Shown one piece after another: positions 38,718 through 47,903 of a stretch of 64,000 bases of DNA. Source of the DNA: Candidatus Latescibacterota bacterium (lineage in GTDB: Bacteria > Latescibacterota > UBA2968 > UBA8231); the NCBI GenBank assembly GCA_964291625.2, contig OZ220089.1, positions 4,576,001-4,640,000 on the forward strand. Direction: 5' to 3'. A program made the position numbers and the translations under genes. Numbering within the stretch: position 1 is the first letter of the stretch; each line of letters opens with the position of its first letter. The notes beneath the pieces were generated by a model. The model was not told the DNA's origin. It ran no database searches and saw only the letters and a list, made by a program, of their open reading frames with translations.

Positions 38718-39112
38718 TGCGGGACTGGGCGCGCCGACGGTCGATCTGGCTCCTGCCCTTCGGCACCAGCTGCTGCGCCGCCGACCTGGCCGCCCTCTTC
38801 GCTCCTCCCCACGATCTGGGCCGCTTCGGCCTGGGTCTGGTCCACGAGCCCTCCCGGGCCGACGCCATCGTAATCGCCGGCCGCGTCACCCGGACCCTGG
38901 CACCCCACCTCCTGCAGGCCTACCAGTCCATGCCCCGGCCGGCGCGGGCGGTCGCCTTCGGGACCTGCGCCTGCTCCGGCGGGGCCTACGACACCGACGA
39001 GGTAGTCTCCGCCGACGCGGTCATCCCCGTGGACGCCTACGTGCCCGGCTGCCCACCCGAGCCCGGGTCGCTGCGCACGGCGCTGCGGCAACTGGACTGG
39101 TCCGGGTCCTGA
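38717..39112 (+). CDS. Stand-alone NuoB-like (complex I subunit B / Fe-S small subunit) protein
   Basis: WARRRSIW...FGTSCC, DLGRFG, AD..VIAG, GTCACSGG and PVDAYVPGCPP; TGATG coupling to mrp; 131 aa. Confidence 0.82.
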   Translation: MRDWARRRSIWLLPFGTSCCAADLAALFAPPHDLGRFGLGLVHEPSRADAIVIAGRVTRTLAPHLLQAYQSMPRPARAVAFGTCACSGGAYDTDEVVSADAVIPVDAYVPGCPPEPGSLRTALRQLDWSGS

Positions 39113-39118
39113 GTCGCG

Positions 39119-39997
39119 ATGGCAGCCGAGGCCCGCAGTTGGCACCGGGTCGCGATCGACGTCCCGTCCCGCGCCAGCGACGAGGTGGCGGCCCTCTGCT
39201 TCGAGTTCGGCAGTTGCGGCGTCTACGCCGAGGAGCGGGGGGAGGGGACGCGGCTCCTCGTCTACTTCGAGGGTCCCGCGGACCTCCGCAGGCTGGACCG
39301 TCAGCTGCGGAGCGGCCTTCCGGACGGCCTCTCCGGGGAGTTCCCCATGGCCATGGATGTCCAGCCCGAGCGGGACTGGAGCGAGGGCTGGCGGCGCTTC
39401 TACCGCCCGCAGTGGGCCACCGAGCGGATCGTCGTGCACCCGCCCTGGCTTCCCGTCGACACCGGCCCCGGTCAGATCGCCATCGCCATCGACCCGGCCA
39501 TGGCCTTCGGCACGGGCGGGCACGAATCGACCCAGCTGGCCCTGCGGGCCCTGCAGGAGACGGGCTGCAAGGATCGCCTCTGCCTCGATGTGGGAGCCGG
39601 CAGCGGGGTGCTTTCCATCGCCGCCATCCTCCTCGGGGCCCGCCGGGTGACCGCTGTCGACACCGACCCCGCGGCCGTGGACAACGCGAGGCACAACCTG
39701 CGCCGGAACCTGGGAAGGGATGCCGGCCGGGCGAGGGTGCTCTGCGGCAGCCTGGAGGCGGCTTCGGACCAAGGCTGCCAGGTGGTGGTGGCCAATCTCG
39801 AGAGCCACCTGGTCCGTCCCTTGCTGCCCGCCATCGCCTCTTCCTTGACCGCCGCCGGCGTCGCTCTGTTCTCAGGTCTGGTCGTCAACGAGAGGGCCCG
39901 TTTCGAGGACTGGCTCATCGCCGTTGGCCTGGGCGTCGACGGGAGCTGGACCCGGGGAGAGTGGCTCGCCCTGCGAGCCCGGAGGGAAGGGGGCTGA
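39119..39997 (+). CDS. prmA: Ribosomal protein L11 methyltransferase
   Basis: Motifs DW...WRRFY, IDPAMAFGTGGHEST, LDVGAGSGVLSIAA and VVANL; dnaJ-prmA-rsmE context. Confidence 0.93.
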   Translation: MAAEARSWHRVAIDVPSRASDEVAALCFEFGSCGVYAEERGEGTRLLVYFEGPADLRRLDRQLRSGLPDGLSGEFPMAMDVQPERDWSEGWRRFYRPQWATERIVVHPPWLPVDTGPGQIAIAIDPAMAFGTGGHESTQLALRALQETGCKDRLCLDVGAGSGVLSIAAILLGARRVTAVDTDPAAVDNARHNLRRNLGRDAGRARVLCGSLEAASDQGCQVVVANLESHLVRPLLPAIASSLTAAGVALFSGLVVNERARFEDWLIAVGLGVDGSWTRGEWLALRARREGG

Positions 39998-40737
39998 TGC
40001 CGGCGTTCCTCGTCGACGCGGCCTCCGTGCGGGACGGGGGCGTGGTGCTGGGGGCGGAGGAGGCCCACCACGTCCGGGTTCGCCGGCACCGCCCCGGCGA
40101 CGAGGTAGACGTCATCGACGGCGAGGGGCAGGGGTACCGCATCCGCATCCAGGCGATCGAGGACGAACGGGTGACGGGCCGGATCGTGGAGCGGAGGCCG
40201 GATCTCGGCGAGAGCCCCGTGCGGCTCCATCTCGTGGCAGCTCTCGTCAAGGGCCTGCGGTTCGACCTGGTGGTCGAGAAAGCCACGGAGGTGGGCGTCG
40301 CCTCCATCACTCCGGTGACGGCGCGGCGCAGCGTGGCCCGGCCCGGGGGGCGCGGAGACCGCTGGCGGCGGTTGGCGCGATCAGCGGCCAAGCAGTGCGG
40401 GCGGAGCCGCGTGCCTCGGGTGAGCGAGCCGGCCCCCCTGCTCGAGGCCGCCGGGGCCATGGCGGCCGACGGCGCCGGGCTCCTGGTGGCCGACCCCGCG
40501 GCGCCCGGCGATCTTCGTTCGGTCTGCGACCCCGGGGTCCGGTCCGCGGCGCTCTTCGTGGGGCCCGAGGGGGGCTTCGCGCCGGAGGAGCTGCACGCCC
40601 TGGGCTCCCTCGGGGCGCGTAGGTTCGCGTGGGGGAATCGAAGGCTTCGCGCCGAGACCGCCGCCGTCGTCCTGTCGGCGATGGTCATCACCGTGATGGA
40701 GTGGCAATGCGAAGAGACTGCAGCATCCTCGTTCTGA
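39997..40737 (+). CDS. rsmE: 16S rRNA m3U1498 methyltransferase
   Basis: Motifs [32 protein letters not shown] and LRAETAA. Confidence 0.93.
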   Translation: MPAFLVDAASVRDGGVVLGAEEAHHVRVRRHRPGDEVDVIDGEGQGYRIRIQAIEDERVTGRIVERRPDLGESPVRLHLVAALVKGLRFDLVVEKATEVGVASITPVTARRSVARPGGRGDRWRRLARSAAKQCGRSRVPRVSEPAPLLEAAGAMAADGAGLLVADPAAPGDLRSVCDPGVRSAALFVGPEGGFAPEELHALGSLGARRFAWGNRRLRAETAAVVLSAMVITVMEWQCEETAASSF

Positions 40738-41162
40738 GCGGTCCCAACCTGAATCTCCTCGGCACCCGGGAGCCCGAGGTCTACGGTTCCCATACCCTCG
40801 CCGGCATCGAGGAGCGGGTGAGGGCCGCCGCCGCAGAGCTGGGCGCCGAGGTCCGCTGCCGGCAATCGAACCACGAGGGCGAGTTGGTCGAGGCCCTGCA
40901 CGAGGCCCGCGGCTGGGCCGATGGTGCCGTCTTCAACCCGGGGGCCTTCACCCACTACAGCCTTGCCCTGCGCGACGCCGTCTCCGCGGCGGGACTGCCC
41001 ACCGTCGAGGTGCACCTGTCCAACGTCCACGGCCGCGAGTCCTTCCGCCGCCGCTCGGTGATCGCCCCCGTCTGCCTCGGCCAGATCGCCGGCTTCGGCC
41101 CGGACAGCTATGTCCTAGGATTGCGGGCGGTGGTGGAACGGGTACGGGCGGAAGACGGCTGA
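40707..41162 (+). CDS. aroQ: Type II 3-dehydroquinate dehydratase
   Basis: Motifs [33 protein letters not shown] and [13 protein letters not shown]. Confidence 0.96.
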   Translation: MRRDCSILVLSGPNLNLLGTREPEVYGSHTLAGIEERVRAAAAELGAEVRCRQSNHEGELVEALHEARGWADGAVFNPGAFTHYSLALRDAVSAAGLPTVEVHLSNVHGRESFRRRSVIAPVCLGQIAGFGPDSYVLGLRAVVERVRAEDG

Positions 41163-41236
41163 GGGCGGAACCGACCGCCGCCTCCGGAGAGAGAGTCCGC
41201 TTGCCGCAGGGCCGGAGCCCCGGGGGCCGCAGGTCC

Positions 41237-41833
41237 TCAGAAGGCGTGCCGGTAGACGAGTTGGACCGCGGGCTTTCCCGCGGCGTCGAGGGACAGGGTG
41301 GGAAAGACCTTCCGGGTCTTGGTGCGAGGGATCAGGGCCACACCCAGGCAGCCGGCGGCGAGCACGCCCGAGCTCCAGCCCCAGAGCCGAGCCCGGTCGG
41401 CCTTGTCCTCGAGGTCCTGGGCCCGTGCGAGCAGGCCGGCCTGATCTTCCAGACCCGAGTCGTTGGTCCGGTTGATCTGCGCCTCCTCATCACGGGAGGA
41501 GGCGGTGTCGAACTGGAGCCAGGAGATGAGTCCGAGGGCCACGGTCCCGCCGAGGAAGCTGATGTACGGGAACTCCCGGACCTGGACGACGCGGGCCTGG
41601 CTGCCCAGGGAATCGAGGGTGACCACCTTGGAGACTTCGGCAACGTCGAAGGTGTGGATCTCTCCGTCTCCGCTCCGCAGGACGAGGAGATCGTCGTCGC
41701 GATTGAGCAGCTGCCCCATGACCACGGTGCCGTCGGCCAGGTAGATGCGGGCGTCGGGAGCGCCCTGCGCCAGCAGCGCCGCGGGCTGCAGGGCGAGACA
41801 GGTGACCACGATCAGAGAGATCATCGGACGCAT
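41237..41833 (-). CDS. Hypothetical exported/membrane protein
   Basis: Signal peptide MRPMISLIVVTCLALQPAALLAQ; IYLADGTVVMG small beta domain; two hydrophobic segments; GGGAGG RBS. Confidence 0.65.
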   Translation of the reverse strand: MRPMISLIVVTCLALQPAALLAQGAPDARIYLADGTVVMGQLLNRDDDLLVLRSGDGEIHTFDVAEVSKVVTLDSLGSQARVVQVREFPYISFLGGTVALGLISWLQFDTASSRDEEAQINRTNDSGLEDQAGLLARAQDLEDKADRARLWGWSSGVLAAGCLGVALIPRTKTRKVFPTLSLDAAGKPAVQLVYRHAF

Positions 41834-41929
41834 GGCGTGCCTCCCGCGTAAGGTGTTGCACCGCAAGGCGAACTCGTTTCCAACGGCGGTCTTCGGCAAT
41901 ATACGGTTCGCCGTGGGGCCGTCAACGAC

Positions 41930-43099
41930 ATGAGGCTGGACGCGGACTCGATCCCGCGGGCCACGGTGGCGCAGATCGAGGCGGCCCTGGCGGGCGCCGG
42001 CGCCGGCCGGCGGGTCATCGCCCTCCTGGAGCGGGACCCCCGCGCCGGGGTGCGTCGGCTGGCGATGCGCGAGCGGCGGCGCTACCGGGCGCGCATGGCC
42101 GAGAACCGGCGCCGGCGCCGGCTGCGGGATCTCGAGGAGCGCTACTGGCAGGAGGGCCTGTCGCGGGTGGCCGGGGTGGACGAGGTCGGGAGGGGATGCC
42201 TGGCGGGTCCGGTGGTGGCCGCGGCCGTCGTGCTGCCCCCGGAGGCGTCCGGGGCCGTGGAGCTCTTCGACCTCGACGACTCGAAGGTCCTCGACGCCGA
42301 CGCCCGCTCCCGGCTGCGGGACGAGATCCTCGCCCTGGCCCTCTCCTGGGCCGTCGCCCCGGTGGCCGCGGAGGTGATCGACCGGATCAACATCCTCGAG
42401 GCCTCCATGGAGGCGATGCGCATGGCGATCTCGGGCCTCGTGCCGGCCCCGGACCGGGTCCTGGTGGACGGCGCCCGGGCTCCGGGCAGCGGCCTGCCCG
42501 AGACCGCCATCGTCGACGGCGACGCCCGCTCCCTGAGCATCGCCGCCGCCTCGGTGCTGGCCAAGGTGCACCGGGACCGGATGATGGAGGAGCTCCACCC
42601 GCGGTTTCCCGAGTACGGCTTCGACACCAACAAGGGATACGCGAGCCCGGCGCACCGGGAGGCCCTGGCGCGCCACGGTCCCTGCGCGCTCCACCGCCGC
42701 ACGTTCTCGCCCCTGACTCAGCGCGAGCAGCTGAGCCTGGACCTCGGCCCGGACACCGGGCGGGACGGTGAGACCGTCGCCGCCGACTACCTCCTCGAGA
42801 AGGGGTACCGCGTCCTGCACCGCCGCTACCGAGCCTCCGGCGGCGAGATCGATCTCATCGCCGCGGACGGCGACTGCTGTGTCTTCGTCGAGGTCAAGTC
42901 CACCGACCGGGCGTCGGATCGACCGGAGGACCGGGTCCGGCGGGACAAGCGCCGCAAGCTGATCCGCTGTGCCCGTCAGTTCGTGGAGAGATCCGCCGCC
43001 CCGGGGACGGAGTACCGGTTCGACGTCGTCGCCGTCGATCTCTCCGCCCGGACTCCGGCCGTCGAGCACATGGAGGACGCCTTCGACGCCGGGGCCTGA
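41930..43099 (+). CDS. rnhB: Ribonuclease HII fused to a YraN (UPF0102) PD-(D/E)xK domain
   Basis: RNase HII motifs AGVDEVGRGCLAGPV, DSK, SIAAASVLAKV.RD and NKGY, followed in frame by GE..AADYL...GY, GEIDLIA, VFVEVK and RFDVVAV. Confidence 0.9.
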   Translation: MRLDADSIPRATVAQIEAALAGAGAGRRVIALLERDPRAGVRRLAMRERRRYRARMAENRRRRRLRDLEERYWQEGLSRVAGVDEVGRGCLAGPVVAAAVVLPPEASGAVELFDLDDSKVLDADARSRLRDEILALALSWAVAPVAAEVIDRINILEASMEAMRMAISGLVPAPDRVLVDGARAPGSGLPETAIVDGDARSLSIAAASVLAKVHRDRMMEELHPRFPEYGFDTNKGYASPAHREALARHGPCALHRRTFSPLTQREQLSLDLGPDTGRDGETVAADYLLEKGYRVLHRRYRASGGEIDLIAADGDCCVFVEVKSTDRASDRPEDRVRRDKRRKLIRCARQFVERSAAPGTEYRFDVVAVDLSARTPAVEHMEDAFDAGA

Positions 43100-43114
43100 G
43101 ACGGACCGCCGGTC

Positions 43115-44404
43115 CTACCGCCCCGGTCCTCGGTACACCACCCGTCCGGCCACCACCGTCGCCACCGCCCGTCCGACGAGCTCGGAGCCGGCGAAGGGGG
43201 TGTTGCGCGCCCGGGAGCGGAAGGCGGCGGGGTCGACGGTCCAGCGGCGGGCCGGGTCGATCACCGTGACGTCGCCCGGGTCGCCCTCGGCCAGCCGTCC
43301 GCCGGGCAGACCCAGGATGCGGGCCGGCGCCGCGGACCAGCGATCGACGAGGGCCGGCATGTCGAGCAGGCCGGTCTCCACGAGGGATGCCATCGAGAGT
43401 CCGATGGCCGTCTCCAGCCCGACGATGCCGAAGGCCGCCTCGGGCAGGGGGCAGCTCTTTTCCTCCACCGTGTGCGGCGCGTGATCGGTGGCGATCGTGT
43501 CGACCGTCCCGTCGGCCAGCCCGGCGACGATGGCGGCCACGTCGGCCGCCGAGCGCAGGGGGGGCGCCATCTTCGCCAGCGGTCCCTGGCGGGCCACTTC
43601 CTCATCGGTGAGAATGAAGTGATGGGGCAGCGCTTCGCAGGTCACGGGCAAGCCCTCGGCCTTGGCGGCGCGGACCAGCTCCACCGTTCCCGCGGTGCTG
43701 ATGTGGGCGATGTGCAGGGGCCCGCCGGTCCGGCGGACGAGGTCGATGTCCCGCCGGATCATCTCCTCCTCGCCCGCCGCGGGCATGCCGCGCACGCCCA
43801 GACGGGCGGAGACGGCGCCCTCGTGCATGCAGCCGCCGGCGGTGAGGGACCGCACCTCCTCGTGCGGAAAGAGGGGACGGCCGAGCCGCCGAGCCTCATC
43901 GAGGGCGGCGCACATGAGACCCTCCTCCTCCACCGGGTCGCCGTCGTCGGAGAACGCCACCGCCCCGGCCTCTGCCATCTCCGCGAGGGGGGCCAGCTCC
44001 CGGCCGGCCCGGCCCAGGGTGATCGACCCGATGGCGTGGACCCGGACGCGGGCGTCCCGCGCGGCGCGCCCGGCGAGGTCGCGCACCCGGTCGGCGGAGT
44101 CCGGCGGCGGCTCGGTGTTCGGCATGGCGGCGACAGCGGTGAAGCCGCCCGCGGCGGCGGCGGTGGTGCCGGAGGCGATCGTCTCCTTGTGCTCGAACCC
44201 CGGCTCGCGCAGGTGCACGTGAGAGTCGATGAAGCCCGGGCAGACGATCAGCCCCGCCGCGTCGAGGACCTCCGCTCCCGGCGCTGCCCGGTCGGCGACC
44301 CGGCCTCTGGAGATGATCAGATCGCCCACGGTGTCGACGCCGCGGGCGGGGTCGACGACGTGTCCACCCCGCAGGATCAGGTCCCCCCCGGTCTCTCCCC
44401 TCAT
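43115..44404 (-). CDS. pyrC: Dihydroorotase
   Basis: Motifs PGFIDSHVHLREPG, MPNT.P, HIAHIST, ATDHAPH, FGIVGLET and RNTPF. Confidence 0.94.
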   Translation of the reverse strand: MRGETGGDLILRGGHVVDPARGVDTVGDLIISRGRVADRAAPGAEVLDAAGLIVCPGFIDSHVHLREPGFEHKETIASGTTAAAAGGFTAVAAMPNTEPPPDSADRVRDLAGRAARDARVRVHAIGSITLGRAGRELAPLAEMAEAGAVAFSDDGDPVEEEGLMCAALDEARRLGRPLFPHEEVRSLTAGGCMHEGAVSARLGVRGMPAAGEEEMIRRDIDLVRRTGGPLHIAHISTAGTVELVRAAKAEGLPVTCEALPHHFILTDEEVARQGPLAKMAPPLRSAADVAAIVAGLADGTVDTIATDHAPHTVEEKSCPLPEAAFGIVGLETAIGLSMASLVETGLLDMPALVDRWSAAPARILGLPGGRLAEGDPGDVTVIDPARRWTVDPAAFRSRARNTPFAGSELVGRAVATVVAGRVVYRGPGR

Positions 44405-46125
44405 TCTCTTCCTTCCTCTGCCTGCCGCAGGCCGCGTAGAAAGCCGCAGGCTTCGGCAGGAGTCATCCACGGCGGCACCGTCCACCCGCGGCGCCTCAGG
44501 GCGACGGCGAGCTGCAGGGCGCCGGGCAGCTCCACGGGATGCTCCGGGTCCGGGGAAGCGCTGATCCGGTCGAGGGTTTGCCGGGTGTCGCCGTGCCACC
44601 GCACCCGTCCGGCGTCCAGACAGGTGATGCGGCCGCAGAGCTCCGCCACGAGGTCCATGTCGTGGCTGATCAGAACCAGCCCGTGGCCGCCGGCGGCGAG
44701 TTCCGTGAGCAGCGCCGCGATTCTCTCCCGGTTGCCGCGGTCGAGCCCGGCGGTGGGCTCGTCCAGGACCAGGATGGAGGGACGGATGGAGAGCACGCCG
44801 GCGATCGCCGCCCGCCGCCGCTCCCCGCCGCTGAGGCCCAGGGGAGGCCGGGAACCGAACTCCGGGGCGGGCAGGCCCACGGCGTCGAGCGCGGCGAGGG
44901 CCCGCCGTTGCGATTCGGCTTCGTCATGGCCGTGGTTCCGCGGGCCGAAGGCGACGTCCTCCTGCACCGTCTCCTCGAAGAGCTGGGTCTCGGGGAACTG
45001 GAAGACCAGCCCCACCTCCCGGCGCACGGCGGCCGCGTCGCCCGTGCGCCATATGTCGCTGCCGTCGAGCAGGACCTGCCCGATCGTCGGCCGCAGCAGC
45101 CCGTTCAGGTGCTGCGCCAGGGTGGTCTTGCCCGAACCACCGGGGCCCAGCAGGCCGGTGATCAGGCCGCCGGGGACCTCCAGGTCGACCCCTTGGAGAG
45201 CCGCCACCGGCGTCGGCAGACCGCCGCGGTAGGTGTGTCCCACCTGCCGTGCGGACAGCCGGCTCGGAGCGGCTTCGGAATCGCCCGAGGTGGGAGCTTC
45301 CGGATGGTGACCGTGGGCGGAGAAGCGGTCCGTCAGCCAGCCGGCGAGTCCCTCCAGATCCAGGGCGTCGGCAGCACTCCCTCCCGCCGCTTCGGCGGCC
45401 TCGGCGGCAAAGGGCGCGGAGAGGCCGATCCGGCGCAGCCGGGAGCCGCCGGAAAACACCTTGGACGGCGGGCCGTCCTCCAGGATCCGGCCCTCGCACA
45501 GGACCAGGAGGCGCCCGGCCTCGGCCGCCTCCTCCGGAGACTGGGTGATCTGCAGGAGGGTCAGGCCGTGTCGGCGCCAGAGCCGGGCCATGGTCTCGAT
45601 CAGTCCCCGGCGGCTCCCCGGGTCCAGCAGAGCCGTGGGCTCATCCAACACGAGGTAGCGGGGCCGCACGGCCACGGCCGAGGCGACGGCGAGCCGCTGG
45701 CGCTCTCCGCCCGACAGCAGATGGGGCGGGTGGTTCCGGTAGACTTCGAGGTTGAACTCCCGCAGGACCTCCTCCACCCGGCGCCGCATGGCCCCCGGCT
45801 CGACGCCGTGGTTCTCCAGTCCGAAGGCGATCTCGGACTCGACCGTCGGTGCCACGAGCTGGTCGTCCGGATGCTGGAAGACCATCGCCACCCGGCGCCG
45901 GATCTCCGGGAGGTGGGCCTCCTCCGCCGTGGACAGACCGTCGACGCTGACGGTGCCCGAGGTCGGCCGTTGAAAGGCGTTGAGGGTGCGGGCGAGGGTG
46001 GTCTTTCCGGAGCCGTTCGGACCCATGAGCGCCACCCACTCGCCCTGGGCCACCTCCAAGTCGACGCCACGCAGGGCCTGGATGCCGCCGGGGTGCTCGA
46101 CGGAGAGGGCTCGAGTACGGATCAT
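44401..46125 (-). CDS. ECF transporter ATPase, fused A-A' (two ABC domains)
   Basis: First domain GPNGSGKT, FQHPDDQLV, LSGGERQR; second domain GPGGSGKT, FQFPETQLFEETV, LSGGERRR, ISHDMD. Confidence 0.88.
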   Translation of the reverse strand: MIRTRALSVEHPGGIQALRGVDLEVAQGEWVALMGPNGSGKTTLARTLNAFQRPTSGTVSVDGLSTAEEAHLPEIRRRVAMVFQHPDDQLVAPTVESEIAFGLENHGVEPGAMRRRVEEVLREFNLEVYRNHPPHLLSGGERQRLAVASAVAVRPRYLVLDEPTALLDPGSRRGLIETMARLWRRHGLTLLQITQSPEEAAEAGRLLVLCEGRILEDGPPSKVFSGGSRLRRIGLSAPFAAEAAEAAGGSAADALDLEGLAGWLTDRFSAHGHHPEAPTSGDSEAAPSRLSARQVGHTYRGGLPTPVAALQGVDLEVPGGLITGLLGPGGSGKTTLAQHLNGLLRPTIGQVLLDGSDIWRTGDAAAVRREVGLVFQFPETQLFEETVQEDVAFGPRNHGHDEAESQRRALAALDAVGLPAPEFGSRPPLGLSGGERRRAAIAGVLSIRPSILVLDEPTAGLDRGNRERIAALLTELAAGGHGLVLISHDMDLVAELCGRITCLDAGRVRWHGDTRQTLDRISASPDPEHPVELPGALQLAVALRRRGWTVPPWMTPAEACGFLRGLRQAEEGRE

Positions 46126-46265
46126 CGCCCGGGAGTGGAGGATGCGTTGCCCCGGCAACTGCGGGGGGTTACCTTCGAAATCCTGCTCATAAGGGCGCCT
46201 GTTCTCCGGCGCCAGTCAAGTGACGCATCGCGGCCGGTGACGGCCGCCAAGCCTGAGAGGCTGCT

Positions 46266-47108
46266 TTGATCCGATCCCTCCTCGCGAGCTTCCGGCGCTC
46301 GCTGGTGCTGGCCGCCGCGCTGTCCATCGGCTGCGCCGACGACGACGACCGCCCGCAGATCACGGGGCCCGAGTTGCCCGCCGCGGAGGGGCGTCTCTAC
46401 CGGATCCAGGAGGTCACCTTTCCCACGGTCGACGAGATCCCCGTGGCGGCCTCCTACGTCCGCGCCGGCGAGGAGACCCGGCCCGTGGTGATCCTCATCC
46501 ACGGCCTCGGAGATCCCCTCGCCCGCCTGGAGTGGGTGCTGTCCGATCGATTTCCGGCGATCCTGGAGGCCGGCTACCACGCCCTGGCCATCGACTTGCG
46601 AGGCCACGGGGAGACCCCCCTGCCCGACGACGGCCGTCCAGCCGGGCAGCTGACCTACGCCGATCTCGAGGAGATGCACCTGGAGGTAGGTGCCGCCATC
46701 AACTGGCTGCGAGGCCAGCCCACGGCGGACAAGGCCCGCATCGGTGTCATCGGCGTCGGCCTCGGCGCCAGTGTTGCCTTCGTGAGCATGGGGGCCTTCG
46801 CCGACGACCTTCGCGCCGGCGTCGCCCTGTCCCCGGGGTTCTGGGATCCCGACCTGCAGCCTGTCGTCATCGGCGGGGGCATCTCACCCTTCGCACCCCA
46901 CACCATTCTCTACCTGGTGGGGGGCGCGGATACCCTGACCCTCGGCGACACCGTCATCAATCTGTGGGAGTGGGCCTCCGTCCTGGCTGAGAACACGCCG
47001 GAGTCGGGCCTGCACATCGTCGAGGAGAGCCCCGCCCACGGCTTCGAGCTGCTGAACACGCCGGGGGTCATGCAGCGGATCCTCGACTGGCTTCAGGCGC
47101 ACCTGTAG
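46266..47108 (+). CDS. Alpha/beta-hydrolase-fold lipoprotein
   Basis: Lipobox LSIGC; VILIHG, AIDLRGHG, nucleophile elbow GVGLG and PAHGF. Confidence 0.75.
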   Translation: MIRSLLASFRRSLVLAAALSIGCADDDDRPQITGPELPAAEGRLYRIQEVTFPTVDEIPVAASYVRAGEETRPVVILIHGLGDPLARLEWVLSDRFPAILEAGYHALAIDLRGHGETPLPDDGRPAGQLTYADLEEMHLEVGAAINWLRGQPTADKARIGVIGVGLGASVAFVSMGAFADDLRAGVALSPGFWDPDLQPVVIGGGISPFAPHTILYLVGGADTLTLGDTVINLWEWASVLAENTPESGLHIVEESPAHGFELLNTPGVMQRILDWLQAHL

Positions 47109-47142
47109 CAGAGGCCGCCTCCGGGCGCCGACGGTCCTCCAG

Positions 47143-47832
47143 TTGGCGGGCAAGGTCGCGGTCATCATCCCTGCCCGCAACGAGCAGGACGCCATCCTCC
47201 GCGTCCTGGCCGACATCCCGCCCGCAACCGCAGACGACGTCATCGTCGTCGACAACGACTCCGCGGACGCAACCGCTCAGAGGGCCGCCGAGTGGGGCGC
47301 CCGCGTCGTCCACGAACCGCGAAGGGGGTACGGGCAGGCGTGCCTGGCCGGGATCGCCGCGCTGCATCCGGAGACCGAGATCGTCGTCTTCCTCGATGGC
47401 GACTACAGCGATTACCCCGGGGAGATGGTGGATCTCCTCGAGCCGCTGCGGGCGGGCCAGGCCGACTTCGTCGTCGGCTCACGGGTCCTCGGCCGGCGGG
47501 AGCCCGGGGCGATGCTGCCCCAGGCCCGCTTCGGCAACGCCCTGGCCACCGTCCTGATCCGCTGGCTGTACGGTGTATCGTACACCGATCTCGGGCCCTT
47601 CCGGGCGATCCGGCGGGAAACCCTCGAGCGCATCGGCATGTCCGACCGCGATTTCGGCTGGACCGTCGAGATGCAGGTCAAGGCGGCGCGTCTCGGGGTG
47701 GCCGCCGTCGAGGTGCCGGTCAGCTACCGGCGCCGACTGGCCGGTGCCTCGAAGGTCACCGGGACTCTGGCAGGGACGGTACGGGCCGGGTGGAAGATCC
47801 TGGGCACGATCTTCCTCCACGCCCGTCGGTGA
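47143..47832 (+). CDS. Glycosyltransferase family 2 (DPM1-like)
   Basis: Motifs IIPARNE, VVDNDSAD, RGYGQAC, FLDGDYSD, TDLGPFRAI and GWTVEMQ. Confidence 0.9.
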   Translation: MAGKVAVIIPARNEQDAILRVLADIPPATADDVIVVDNDSADATAQRAAEWGARVVHEPRRGYGQACLAGIAALHPETEIVVFLDGDYSDYPGEMVDLLEPLRAGQADFVVGSRVLGRREPGAMLPQARFGNALATVLIRWLYGVSYTDLGPFRAIRRETLERIGMSDRDFGWTVEMQVKAARLGVAAVEVPVSYRRRLAGASKVTGTLAGTVRAGWKILGTIFLHARR

Positions 47833-47903
47833 GCCGTGCGGAGGCTGTCTTGACCCCCTTTCCGACCACCCGTAGCTTGCCGCGTCCCGGAGCAAGCCCC
47901 CCC

